Made by a program: the position numbers and the translations under genes. This document shows positions 36,803-50,234 of a stretch of 64,000 bases of DNA, in pieces; position 1 is the stretch's first letter, and every line of letters begins with the position of its first letter. Source of the stretch: an uncultured Planctomycetota bacterium (GTDB lineage: Bacteria; Planctomycetota; Planctomycetia; Isosphaerales; Isosphaeraceae); contig CAWJTV010000041.1 in assembly GCA_963845755.1 (NCBI GenBank), positions 192,001 through 256,000 on the forward strand, read 5' to 3'. The notes under the pieces were generated by a model, which was not told where the DNA came from, made no database searches, and worked only from the letters and a program-made list of their open reading frames with translations.

Positions 36803-37384
36803 TGACTCCAATGTGCCATGCTCTCGTCGCCGCGAACCCCCCTCAGTTCACAACTGTCGGGTGTTTGCGGCGACGAGAGCGTGGCCCGTGGGGGGAGAGT
36901 CCGGCTGGCCGAAAAAAATGCGTCCTTCCTGCACGAAACCCACACGATGCTGGCGGTCGGTCCGCCATTCGCACCGGGTCTAGTGACTCAACACAACCGC
37001 ACATAACCGAACGCTCTCATCCTGCCAGAGTCGCTGTTCACGCGGCGCCACGGACGACTGCTCGCTTCGGCAGCCACTACCTCAACAGGCGGGTTCACAA
37101 CCCCAATGTTGATAATATTGAACGTATCTGGAAATCGGATGTAAACCCCAGTATCCTGCTACAGCTCGAACCGACCTTCGGCAGGATGGATGCCGTGTTG
37201 AAGGGACCAGGACCTCCGTAAGAGGCCGGCCGATTCAAGAGCAAGACGCCCCAAGACACTCCTGCCTTGTTTGAATCTTGAATGGCCTAGGTATGCGCAG
37301 GATGAAGGGATCCTACGGAGGAAGACGCTCTTTTTTCATTCGGCTCCATGATCGGGAGCAACCGGGATATTACATCCGAGAGGA

Positions 37385-38046
37385 ATGAAGTTCATGATCG
37401 CCTCCAGTCGAAAGTTATTGGGAATTGCCCCCTGGGTCGCCGTGCTGACCCTCGCCCTGGTGCTCACGGGCGTGCCGACTCGGTCGCTGTCACGATCACG
37501 CCCGATCCTGGCAATACCATGAACAATGGTTTTGGCTACTCGCTGGGATACGAGTTCATGGCGAACTCCAACATCACGGTCACGGCGCTGGGCTATTTTG
37601 TAGACACCACCTTGACCGAGTCGCATGACGTCGGCTTGTACGACATGACCACCCAGACCCTTCTTGCGTCAACCACCATAGTGAACGGCGACACGATGGT
37701 GGCGAACTTCGCGTACAGTGCGATTGCGCCCGTGATGCTGACTGCGGGAGATGATTACGCGATCGTGGGGACGTCAGGCTTCAATGACAAATACGCGTTC
37801 GACCCGACCTCATTCAGCACCGATCCCCGCATCAGCTTTGTCCAGTCGGCATACAATCCGTTCAACGGTAATACTCTGAGTTTTCCGGATGTCTTCGATC
37901 CTACCGTCACCGGATATTTCGGACCTAATTTTATGATTGCTCCTTCAGGTATTGTCCCCGAGCCCTCCACACTGACGTTGGGTGGCTTGGCGGTGTTGGG
38001 GGGCGTCTTGGTCTCCTGGCGTCGCCGGCTCTCGCGGACGGCCTGA
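37385..38046 (+). CDS. PEP-CTERM sorting-domain protein (DUF4082-like beta-sandwich; 5' frameshift)
   Basis: C-terminal VPEPSTLTLGGLAVLGGVLVSWRRR; signal-like LLGIAPWVAVLTLALVLTG in a neighbouring frame; SLGYEF...ITVTALG...HDVGLY. Confidence 0.85.
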
Positions 38047-38107
38047 GATGAGATGTGCCTGCTCGGCCCGAGCACGACTTCGGGCCGGGATTCCCTCCTT
38101 CGGTAGA

Positions 38108-38260
38108 GTCTTCCTCCGGTAGGATCCCTCGCCGTGCGGCGCCTCTGGGGAATCCGGGATTCCCGATTCGAGATTCCCGAGGGGAACGATTCCTGGATCG
38201 GGAATCCGGAATCTCGAATCGGGAATTCCTCATTGGGTTGCAGCCGAAAGCCGCGTAAGG
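38108..38260 (+). repeat. Palindromic MITE/REP-like element, copy 1
   Basis: gtcttcctccg(g)taggatcc...gattcccgattcga x1...gggaattcctcattgggttgcagccgaaagccgcgtaagg. Confidence 0.85.
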
Positions 38261-38391
38261 GAGTGACTCGCGGGACTGTCAGGGCCGAACATAACCACGG
38301 ATCACGCGGGGGGGACACGGATCGGTTGGAACGAACTCTTGATTCACATCCGTGTCCTTCCGAGTGATCCATGGTTAAAGGGGTTCTGAGC

Positions 38392-38571
38392 GTCATCCTC
38401 CGTAGGATCTCCGCGCCGTGCCGCGCCTCTGGGGAATCCGGGATTCCCGATTCGAGATTCCCGATTCGAGATTCCCGATTCGAGATTCCCAAGGGAACGA
38501 TTCCTGGATCGGGAATCCGGAATCTCGAATCGGGAATTCCTCATTGGGTTGCGGCCGAAGGCCGCGTTAGG
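38392..38571 (+). repeat. Palindromic MITE/REP-like element, copy 2
   Basis: Same element with three gattcccgattcga units. Confidence 0.85.
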
Positions 38572-38761
38572 CTGGGAGCTCACATACCGACGCGGCGGAG
38601 CCGCAAGCCGGGAGCAAGCGCCTCACTCGCGGATGAGAGGCCCGGAGTCCGTGTGGCACGCTTTCGTTATTCGCGAAAGATGGGGCGACAGCCGGCGCGG
38701 GTTTTGGTAGATTCCCCAGCCGGCTGAGGATCGAGGCTGATGGCATGGAGGGGCACGGAGC

Positions 38762-39571
38762 ATGGACGCTCGTCGTGATGAGGACCGTTGCGCGCGCCAG
38801 TTCGCGCGGCTGGCTCCGCTCGGGTTGGGACTGATTCTGCCGTTCCTGGGCGGGGCTTCCGCCTCGTACCGCTCGACCAACTTCGTCGTCGAGGCAGCGA
38901 CCCGGGAAACCGCCCGGCGAGTCGCGGAGCATGCCGAGGTCTGCCGCACCACAATCGCGCGGGCCTGGCTCGGCCACGAAATCCCTAACTGGAGAACACC
39001 TTGCCCGGTCCGGGTCAAGCTGACCATGGGCGAGGCCGGCGGCCTGACCTCGTTCGGCTTCCACCAGGGGCGAGTCACCGACCAGAGCATGACCGTCGAG
39101 GGGCGGCTCGACCGGATCCTGGCCTCCGCGCTCCCCCACGAGATCACTCACACGATCTTCGCGGCCTATTTCGGCGGCCCGATGCCCCGATGGGCCGACG
39201 AGGGTGCATCCCTCCTCAGCGAGGACCTGTTCGAACGCCGGCGCCACGACCAGATCGCCATCGATCTGTTCGGCCGCCGCGGCGAGCTCCCGCTGGCACG
39301 CCTCTTCCTCGTCGAGAACTATCCCAAGGACCTGATGGGCTTCTACGGCCAGGGTTACTCGATCTCGAAGTTCCTCATCGAGATGGGCGGACGACCCCGC
39401 TTCCTGGAATTCGTCCGCGACGGGATGAAGCAGGGCTGGGACAACGCGACGCGGACCCACTACCAACTGGCCGGCGTCCGCGAGCTCGACCGCGCCTGGC
39501 GCTCGTGGCACCGCGTCGCGATCGCGTCCGGACACGCCGACCAGCCCGACGACATCATGGCCTTCCATTGA
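38762..39571 (+). CDS. Secreted zincin-like (peptidase MA-like) planctomycete protein
   Basis: Signal-like N-terminus, LPHEITH and PRWADEG motifs. Confidence 0.7.
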   Translation: MDARRDEDRCARQFARLAPLGLGLILPFLGGASASYRSTNFVVEAATRETARRVAEHAEVCRTTIARAWLGHEIPNWRTPCPVRVKLTMGEAGGLTSFGFHQGRVTDQSMTVEGRLDRILASALPHEITHTIFAAYFGGPMPRWADEGASLLSEDLFERRRHDQIAIDLFGRRGELPLARLFLVENYPKDLMGFYGQGYSISKFLIEMGGRPRFLEFVRDGMKQGWDNATRTHYQLAGVRELDRAWRSWHRVAIASGHADQPDDIMAFH

Positions 39572-39594
39572 GGAATCGAGTTGGACCTGGGGAC

Positions 39595-41409
39595 TCAGGG
39601 GACCGTGGCGATCTCGGTGGGCTCGCTCCAGGGTCCGAAGATCCATTTCTGCCGCTTCTCTCGCGGGAAATCGGGGTTCCAGATCACCACTCGGGAGCGA
39701 TAGCGGTACGTCCGGCCGGCTTCGATCGTGAAGTCCAGGGTGCGGAGCATCAAGACCGGGGATTCGGCCTCGGGCGGCGCATTGAAGTGGCGAGCCAACA
39801 GGTCGGCCTGGCCAGGAGCTTCCCCGGCGCGACCTGCGGATCCTCGGCCGGTTTGTCCAGGGCCGGAACGAAGGACTCGACGTCGACCCCGCGCCACTCC
39901 CCGGCCTTGAGAAACGGCAAGGGATCGACCAGGTTCTGCACGCGGAACTCCTCCAGCGCCCGTTCCGCTTCCAACTCGGTGAGATTGTCCAGGATCTTCA
40001 GGTTGGCCTCCGCGTCGACCGACCGCCAGGCCGACCAGGAACCATCCTTCTGGAGCGTTTTTCGTTCCAGCTCGACGCGACAGTAGATTTCGTTCGCGGG
40101 CTTCAAGACGCGTCGACCGCCATCGCGGTACCACCACTGAGTCCGGCGGTGATCGATGATGCCCGTGACTACCGCCCAGCGGACCTCGCGCATTTCTTCC
40201 GTGAAAACGGTCCGGATCCGGGTTCTCTTCTTCCGAACGCCTCCTCCCATCATGCCCATCATTCCGCCCATCATCGCACCCTGGTTTCGACTCTTCTTCC
40301 TGACTTGCTGAGGGATTCGCTCACCTTCCGCGTCGAGGGCGAATGCCACGATCTCGCCCCGACCGGCCGCGGCTTTCACCTGTCGAGGAGCGGGGACGGT
40401 GAACGACTTGCGGATCGGCGCGTTTTCCGCGTCCTGACGGACCTCCGGCCGCGCCGCGGTGCGCGGATCCTCCTGGCCGGGCTGTCCCGACCTCGCCACC
40501 GATTGCCAGAGGGTCCCGCAGACGAGGACGCCACCGGCCAGACCCCAGAGCACGCGATTCAGCTTGCCGAGTAACATGGATCGGAGTCCTCCCTGGATCA
40601 AGGACTGGACCGAGCCGCTCAGGACGGTCCCCGTGCGGGCCGGGTCGGCGGCGACGGTCCCACAGAGGCGGATGACCCGCTGGATTAACGATGGGGAGAA
40701 TCCGCGGGCCTCGAGCGCCCGCGAACATCGGGACCGGACGGGAATCTCCGGATCCCGACGGCGCTGGCATGCGGATTCCCTGTCGAGTCAAGCTCGTTCG
40801 CAGACGTCGGCGCGCCCGAGCCAGGCGGCTCTGGACGGTGCCCAACGGCAGATTCAAGCGCCGGGCCACCTGGCGGTAACTCAGGCCCTCGAGGTCGCAC
40901 AATACGACGACCGCACGCGAAGGGGCAGGCAAGCGTCTGATCTCGGAATGGACGATTGCCAGATCATCGTCGCCGAGGCCGGGCGATGGATCCGCACGCG
41001 GTCGATCAGTGGCCTCGCTCCGCAACCCGGCCGCCGCGCGTTCCATCGTCCGCTGCCGGGCCGACGCGGATCGGATGCTCAGTCCCGTCCGGTAGGCGAC
41101 GACGTGAAGCCAGGAGCCGAGTGTTTCACGGATCCGAAGGGAGGCCGCTTTTCGGACCAGGATCAGGAACGTCGCCTGAAACGCATCCTCGGCGTCGTGA
41201 GGATCGCGGACCATCGCCCGACAGACGCCCCAGACCATCGGCGCATGCCGCTCGATCAACGTAGCCAGGACGAGCTCGGCACCCGCGTGGTCCCGGTCCT
41301 GGTTGGCCGACTGGAATCGGTCGAGGAGCTCCCGGTCCGATAGGCCGGTCAGGGTGCCGACATCATAAAGTGCCTGGAGATGATGGAGCACGACGGATGA
41401 GTCCCCCAT
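39595..41409 (-). CDS. ECF sigma factor with TM helix and extracytoplasmic C-terminal extension (frameshifted)
   Basis: GTLTGLSDRELLDRF...DAEDAFQATFLILVRKA (region 2), VVLCDLEGLSY...GTVQSRLARAR (region 4); continues into ORFs 39750..40601 and 39595.. Confidence 0.8.
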
Positions 41410-41562
41410 CCGCCGCCGCGGGTCATGACCGATCGAAACGCCATGCTCCGCGACGGCCGCCCTCAGTGTGGATCACCAGAGTAATAGAGGGACGGCGCGG
41501 AGATTTGTTCCCCGGATTCTCGTCGGGAGACCCGACTGTTGCCGACTTGCCTGTCCGGGGGC

Positions 41563-42228
41563 TCAGTCCTGGAGCTCGAGGGTCGCCCAGAGGCTGGGGT
41601 TCTCGCCGATCGGGAAATCCCGGCCGACGCCCAGGAACTGGTCGTCGCGGGCGTGGTCGGAGACCTGGTACGCAAACCCCAGCCGGCGATTCGTCTCGGG
41701 GTCGAACCCGTTGAGGGCCTGGGCCGGCAGGAAGACCTCGAGCGACCAGCCGGCACGCGTCAGCTCGGCGCGAGAGGCGATCAGGCCGGGCTGGCACAGG
41801 GGTGCATCGGCGACGGCACGCGCGATCGGCCGCGGAACGACCTCGACCTCCAGCTTCCGCCCGGGCATGCGCAGCCGGAGCGAGGCCGCGAAGCGGTGAC
41901 AGAACCGCGACGCCCGGCTGATGTCGCGGGTGTCGCGCGTGTCCACCCAGAGCTGGACATCGGCGAACCCCTCCGGACGATCGGGCGCGAGCTGCAAGTC
42001 CGAGAGCCCCTGCGCCCGCACGGCGATTCCCAGGCCGCGCACGTTCCACGCCAGGCGGACCTCCGCCCAGGACGTGCGACCTTCCAGTTCACTCCCATCG
42101 GGTAGGGCACACGACTCCGGCAAATCCAGGAGCGGTTGCCGGCCATCCGGCCGCGGTATTTCGTCGAGCCGGGGACACGGAACCGCGAGCCGGAACCAGA
42201 ACGCCTGCGGCAGCAACATCTTCGTCAT
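41563..42228 (-). CDS. Conserved hypothetical protein (DOMON/CBM9-like fold)
   Basis: VRLAWN..GL, LWVDTRDT..HRF, LGFAYQVSD, PSLWATLEL. Confidence 0.65.
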   Translation of the reverse strand: MTKMLLPQAFWFRLAVPCPRLDEIPRPDGRQPLLDLPESCALPDGSELEGRTSWAEVRLAWNVRGLGIAVRAQGLSDLQLAPDRPEGFADVQLWVDTRDTRDISRASRFCHRFAASLRLRMPGRKLEVEVVPRPIARAVADAPLCQPGLIASRAELTRAGWSLEVFLPAQALNGFDPETNRRLGFAYQVSDHARDDQFLGVGRDFPIGENPSLWATLELQD

Positions 42229-42269
42229 GATGGTGCGCTCCCTCGCCCCTCGATTCGATGCGGGCGGCT

Positions 42270-42611
42270 TTACTCCAAAGTCTGATCCACGTAGGGTTTA
42301 TGGAAGGGGTTGGGCTTCATCAAGGCGGCGATGATCACGTAGACCCCGAGTCCCACGAAGAGAACGACCGGGCTGAACCGCATCATCGCCCAGGCGGCGA
42401 TGAGCAGGAGCCAGAGCCCACCGTGCATGGGCTGCCATCCCGACCCGTGCGCCGAGCCCTGAATCAGTGCCGTGATCCCCGCAAGGAACAAGATCCCGGG
42501 GAACCAATACCTGGTTGCAAGCAAGACTCCCAGTCCGATCAGCCAGATCCCGCCGGTCACGGCGTTGGCGCGTTGCGAGTTCCACCACATAAGACGCTCC
42601 CGCCTGCTCAA
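42270..42611 (-). CDS. Small integral membrane protein
   Basis: GGIWLIGLGVLL...WFPGILFLAG and further hydrophobic segments; co-oriented with ribH. Confidence 0.7.
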   Translation of the reverse strand: MSRRERLMWWNSQRANAVTGGIWLIGLGVLLATRYWFPGILFLAGITALIQGSAHGSGWQPMHGGLWLLLIAAWAMMRFSPVVLFVGLGVYVIIAALMKPNPFHKPYVDQTLE

Positions 42612-42649
42612 TCATGCTCCCTTGATCGAAGCCGGCACACGCGACCGCT

Positions 42650-43198
42650 TCATCTCGACCGAATGTTCATTCGAGGATCACCGCGGAATCTTTGACGGAT
42701 TCTGCGCGAAGACCAGTCGGATGCGACTGGCTCACGGTCCAGGCGAGCCAGCAGGTTGACCATCTCGATGGCCGCCAGCGCGGCGTCGGCCCCCTTGTTG
42801 CCGGATTTCAGTCCCGCGCGATTCAGCGCCTGCTCGACCGATTCGGTCGTGAGGATCCCGAAGATGACCGGGACTCCCGTCGCCAACCCGGCCTGCATCA
42901 CCCCGGCCGCCGCCTGACCGGCGACGTGATCGTAGTGCGACGTCTCGCCGCGGATCACGCAACCCAGGCAGATGACGGCCGCATAACGCCCGCTCCCGGC
43001 CAGCTTGCGGGCAACCAGCGGGATCTCGAAGGAGCCGGGCACCCACGCCACGTCGATCCGGTCCTCGGCCACGCCGTGCCGGACCAACGCGTCACGACAG
43101 CCGGCCAGGAGCGCCTCGGTCACCAGCGCATTGAACCGCGCCGCGACGATCGCGAACCGGCCGGGGGGAGTCGAATAATCGCCGAGGAATTCCGCCAT
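42650..43198 (-). CDS. ribH: 6,7-dimethyl-8-ribityllumazine synthase (C-terminal tail may be a read-through artefact)
   Basis: [43 protein letters not shown]. Confidence 0.95.
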   Translation of the reverse strand: MAEFLGDYSTPPGRFAIVAARFNALVTEALLAGCRDALVRHGVAEDRIDVAWVPGSFEIPLVARKLAGSGRYAAVICLGCVIRGETSHYDHVAGQAAAGVMQAGLATGVPVIFGILTTESVEQALNRAGLKSGNKGADAALAAIEMVNLLARLDREPVASDWSSRRIRQRFRGDPRMNIRSR

Positions 43199-43220
43199 GG
43201 CATTCGTCCACTTGCCGACT

Positions 43221-45164
43221 TCAGGACAGATTCATGCTCATGAGGAACTCGGCGTTGGTCTTGGCCTTCTTCATGCGGCCGGTCAGCAGCTCCATGGCCT
43301 CGACGGGATTCATGTCGTTGAGGACGCGACGGAGGATCCAGACGCGGCGCAATTCCTCGGCGTCCATCAGCAGCTCTTCGCGGCGAGTGCCGGACTTGTT
43401 GACGTCGATGGCCGGCCAGATCCGCTTGTCGACCAACCGACGTTCGAGGTGGAGCTCCATGTTGCCGGTGCCCTTGAACTCCTCGAAGATGACGTCGTCC
43501 ATGCGGCTGCCGGTATCGACCAGGGCGGTGGCCAGGATGGTCAGGCTGCCGGCCTCCTCGATCTTGCGGGCGGCGCCGAAGAACCGCTTGGGCTTCTGCA
43601 AGGCCGAGGCGTCGATGCCGCCGGTGAGGATCTTGCCCGAGTGGGGCGCCTCGGTGTTATAGGCGCGGGCCAGCCGGGTGATCGAATCGAGCAGGATCAC
43701 GACGTCCTTGCCGTACTCGACCATCCGCTTGGCCTTCTCGATGACCATCTCGGCGACCTGGATGTGCCGCGAGGCCGGCTCATCGAAGGTCGAGCTGATC
43801 ACCTCGGCCGTCGGGCCCTTGACCGAGCGCTCCATGTCGGTGACTTCCTCCGGGCGCTCGTCGATCAGCAGGACCATGACGTACGAATCGGGATGATTCG
43901 TCAGGATGCTGTTGGCGATCTTCTGGAGGAGGATGGTCTTGCCGGTCCGGGGCGGCGCGACGATCACGCCGCGCTGGCCGAAGCCGATGGGCGTGACCAG
44001 GTCGACGACCCGCATGTTGATCTCGTCGCCGGTGGTCTCCAGGCGGATCCGGCCCTGGGGGTGCAGCGGCGTCAGGTCGTCGAAATTGACCTTCTCGCTG
44101 AGCTTGTCCGGATCCTCGAAGTTGATCGCCTCGACCCGCAACAGGGCGAAGTAGCGTTCGTTCTCCTTGGGCGGGCGGATCTGGCCCGAGACGATCGCGC
44201 CGGTCTTGAGGCCGAACCGGCGGATCTGGCTGGGCGAGACGTAGATGTCGTCGGGGCAGGGGAGGTAGTTGTAATCCGGGCTCCGCAGGAAGCCGAAGCC
44301 GTCGGGCAGGACTTCGAGCGTCCCCTCGCCGTACATCAGGCCGTTCTGCTTGACCCGCTCCTTGAGGATCTTGAAGATCAGGTCCTGCTTCTTCAGGCCC
44401 ATGTAGTCGGCGATGCCCTCGGTCTTGGCGGTGCGGATGAGCTGGGGCATCGTCATCTTCTGCAGCTCGGTCAGGTGGATCTCGCCGCGCTTGATGTCCT
44501 CATAGCGGTCGTGGAGCGCGGCGTCGCCGAAGATGTCCTCCTCGTCGTCGGGGTAATCGACGGGAACATCGACGTAGCTCGCGGGCGCAGGCCGCTCGTT
44601 CCGGACCGGGGGCCCGAACTCACGGTCCCGATCCCGTTCGTCGCGGGTGGAGAACGACGGCTCGCGCTCGGGCGATCGCGATACGCCGGCAGGGCTCGTG
44701 GTCGCGGCTCGCGCTCGCGGGCGATGGGCACCGGCGACGACTCGCGATCGCGGTCGCGATCCCGGGCCATGGGGATGCCTTCGTGATGCGTCGGGCCGCC
44801 GTCGCGGTCGGCCCGGTCCCGCGCCAGCCGTTCCCGCACCGAGAGTCCCGGCTCGCGCTCGGGGCGCTCCCGCACCGGCTCGCGCGCTCGGGGCGGCTCC
44901 CGTTCGGCCCGGTCGCGCAAATAACGGATCGGCTCGCGGTCCGCGGGGCCCTCTTCGCGGTAGGGCTCGCGGTCCTTGCGGTCCCGCGGACACCTCCACC
45001 GGAGCCGGGGGATCGGCCGCTCCGACGCCGTACGGCATCGCCGACGCCGGGCCGGCGGGCGTCCCATCCGCATCCTCCGGACCGGAGGCCGCCGCCGTGC
45101 TGGTGGTCTTGCGAATCCGCGAAGTGCCCGTCGATTCCCGGCGGGGGCGAGTCTCATTGGCCAT
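43221..45164 (-). CDS. rho: Transcription termination factor Rho with long N-terminal disordered region
   Basis: [68 protein letters not shown]. Confidence 0.97.
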   Translation of the reverse strand: MANETRPRRESTGTSRIRKTTSTAAASGPEDADGTPAGPASAMPYGVGAADPPAPVEVSAGPQGPRALPRRGPRGPRADPLFARPGRTGAAPSARAGAGAPRARAGTLGAGTAGAGPGRPRRRPDASRRHPHGPGSRPRSRVVAGAHRPRARAATTSPAGVSRSPEREPSFSTRDERDRDREFGPPVRNERPAPASYVDVPVDYPDDEEDIFGDAALHDRYEDIKRGEIHLTELQKMTMPQLIRTAKTEGIADYMGLKKQDLIFKILKERVKQNGLMYGEGTLEVLPDGFGFLRSPDYNYLPCPDDIYVSPSQIRRFGLKTGAIVSGQIRPPKENERYFALLRVEAINFEDPDKLSEKVNFDDLTPLHPQGRIRLETTGDEINMRVVDLVTPIGFGQRGVIVAPPRTGKTILLQKIANSILTNHPDSYVMVLLIDERPEEVTDMERSVKGPTAEVISSTFDEPASRHIQVAEMVIEKAKRMVEYGKDVVILLDSITRLARAYNTEAPHSGKILTGGIDASALQKPKRFFGAARKIEEAGSLTILATALVDTGSRMDDVIFEEFKGTGNMELHLERRLVDKRIWPAIDVNKSGTRREELLMDAEELRRVWILRRVLNDMNPVEAMELLTGRMKKAKTNAEFLMSMNLS

Positions 45165-45434
45165 GGGGTTCCATTCTCCTGTTCAAACCGAAACCGTGAT
45201 CTCGTCCAGCCCCCGGAAAATGACCGAGCCCCGAGCGCGGTCAACCAGGCAGGCATCTTTCCAGCCAAGCATGTCAGAAGCGATGGAGTTTCGCGAATCC
45301 CCTGGGTATGGCCGGGGGGAGAGCAGCCGGGAACATGGGATTGCAACGACCGTTCGTTGTGATGGGGTCGATCATTTGGAAGCGATTCAAAAGGGGACCA
45401 ACGGGGCAAGCCGGCCTGGACCGACACGAGGGGA

Positions 45435-46346
45435 TTACGACATCCCTCCCACGGGGGTGTGAACGTCGGAGTCAATCGGGCCGGGATCGTGTCGGCAGCA
45501 GGGCCGGTTCGAGGCTCCCGTCGGGGAGGCGAGGATTTCTCGGCGGGCGCGGGCGGCTGCGAGGAGCCGGGAGACGAATCGATCGACCTCCGACTGCAAG
45601 CGATCGGGTCCGGAATCATTCGTAATGATCCAGTCGGCGCGGCGGCGCTTCTCATCCGAGGGCCATTGCGCACGTTCGCGGGCCTCGAAGGTCTCCTCCG
45701 ACCAGCCCCGGGTCTCGGCCACGCGCCGCAGCCGTTCGAGGCGAGGGGCATCGACGAACACAATCCGGTCACAGAGGTCATCCCAGCCGGCTTCGAGCAG
45801 GATGGCGGCATCCAGCACGACCGCGGTGGAATCCTGCAGTCGCGCCAGACGATTGATCGTCGCCAGGAAACGGGCACGCATCGTGGGGTGCAAGATGGCC
45901 TCAAGGGCATGGCGGGCCGTGGGATCGGCGAAGACGATCGGCACCGAGGGCACGCCGATCGATCTGCGAAAGGGGTGCAACGGCTTCGCGAGGTTCCTCC
46001 AGCACATCGGTTCCGAATTGCTCGACGATTCTGGCGCGAATCTCGGGCTCTCCCAGGAGTTCGTGCCCGACAGCGTCGGCATTGATCACCGCCGCCCCAC
46101 GGTCTGCCAGGAGGCTCGCCACGCGGCTCTTGCCGCTGCCGATTCCTCCGATCAAGCCAACGACCGGGATCGCGCCGTGTTTCCATCGACCGCGCGGACA
46201 CGGCTCTTCAGGAGCGGTGGGACGGGGTCATCAACGGGGCTCCCGGCATCCGAAAGCGGACCTTGGACTCGCGTCGGCCTCGGGATCAAGACGCTCGGCT
46301 CGGGCCGTACCCTGACGTTTCCACCGGGTTCCCGCACGACGGACAC
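45435..46346 (-). CDS. coaE: Dephospho-CoA kinase (frameshifted; ends approximate)
   Basis: GGIGSGKS P-loop, INADAVGHELL, IVFAD...LEAILHP, VVLDAAILLEAGW, ADWIITN across ORFs 45901..46155 and 45435..46082. Confidence 0.88.
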
Positions 46347-46905
46347 CCCCCTTCCGGCCGCGAGAAGATGATCGCGTGGCGAGTCGCCGGGTCAACGACC
46401 CTGGGGCGAGCCGGAGGTGATTCTCGAGGGTGGAAAATGGTCCCGGTGGCACGGGACGGGATCAACTGAACGAAGTCACTTGGTTTACAAGCAGGTGGGG
46501 TCCCTGAAGGTATTCTTGCCGACGTTGCTCGTCCAGGGCTTCTCGAAGCGGGGAGGCGCCGGAGGAGAGGAAGATCGGCGAGATGAGCCGAAGGGTAATC
46601 TCATGTTGGAGCAGATCGGTGACGATCGTTATCCAATTTATACGCGATGCCGGCCGTGTCTGCAATGGGTGTCCGACGTTCCAACGAAAAAATGCAAAGA
46701 AGGGCCGACTCTCCATCTGGGCTGAAACCCGCAGCCCGGGGGGCCTCGACAGCTCATCCATCCGTCGTTACATCTCTCGACCTCAACGGTGGATGCCCGG
46801 GACCACGAACCCGCAGGAGGTGAAAGTCCCGGAGTTCGTTCATGATAGGGTCGACCGGAAAACCATGAGAGTTCCCTACCGAGGTTAAGCTAACAAACAG
46901 CCGCC

Positions 46906-49713
<2,808 letters not shown>

Positions 49714-49768
49714 GTCGCTGCGCTCCCACCTTCCGTGAACGCGAAACACCGCACACGGAACCCCGTGT

Positions 49769-49797
49769 TTGACCGTGATTGTGGCGATTCTTACAAT
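49769..49797 (+). promoter_or_regulatory. Sigma70-type promoter
   Basis: TTGACC-N17-TACAAT; same boxes conserved at 51552-51580. Confidence 0.7.
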
Positions 49798-49874
49798 CGG
49801 AGCAATCCGAAAGATTCTCTCCGGAGATGGGCCGGAGCCGGACGCGACCCGCCGCTCGAAGAATACAATCATCC

Positions 49875-50147
49875 ATGCGTACAGAGGACGACACTTCGGG
49901 GCTCAAGATCGCCGTCGCGGCGTTTATCTCGCTCTCGGTCATCTTGGCCGTCAGTTGCTATTTCTTGTACTCGGCCTACTCGATGGCCGAGGCCCGGCTC
50001 GCGGACGCCCAGGTTGAGTTGAAGAGGGCCAAGGCAGCCCAGCAGACTCTCCGCGACCAGTACAACGACTTTCGGGCCAGAGTCGCCACCGAAACCTCCG
50101 CTGCCGACCCGGCGAAGAAGACAAAAGAGCCCGCAACGCCCCGATGA
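49875..50147 (+). CDS. Short paralog (TM anchor + start of coiled coil) of the 51747 gene
   Basis: GLKIAVAAFISLSVILAVSCYFLYS..AEARL matches the N-terminus of 51747..53366. Confidence 0.7.
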   Translation: MRTEDDTSGLKIAVAAFISLSVILAVSCYFLYSAYSMAEARLADAQVELKRAKAAQQTLRDQYNDFRARVATETSAADPAKKTKEPATPR

Positions 50148-50234
50148 CTCGCATTTCCCTTGAGATCGTATCACCAAACCGGTCGGGTTGGATGAACAGT
50201 TCGCATCCCATCCGCCTGGAGGGGCTCATCACCC

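Noticed and set aside
37755..38727. ORFs with GISNRESRI / RFEIPDS repeats
   Set aside because: Translations of the non-coding heptamer repeat elements
46810..46835. FMN riboswitch-like ggtgaaagtccc near ribH
   Set aside because: Wrong strand for ribH, over 3 kb away, and lacks the following ACCGGCGGT and 3' conserved blocks
46745..46850. Canonical HDV-like ribozyme
   Set aside because: P1.1 spacing and J4/2 consensus not met; kept only as a generic structured-RNA candidate
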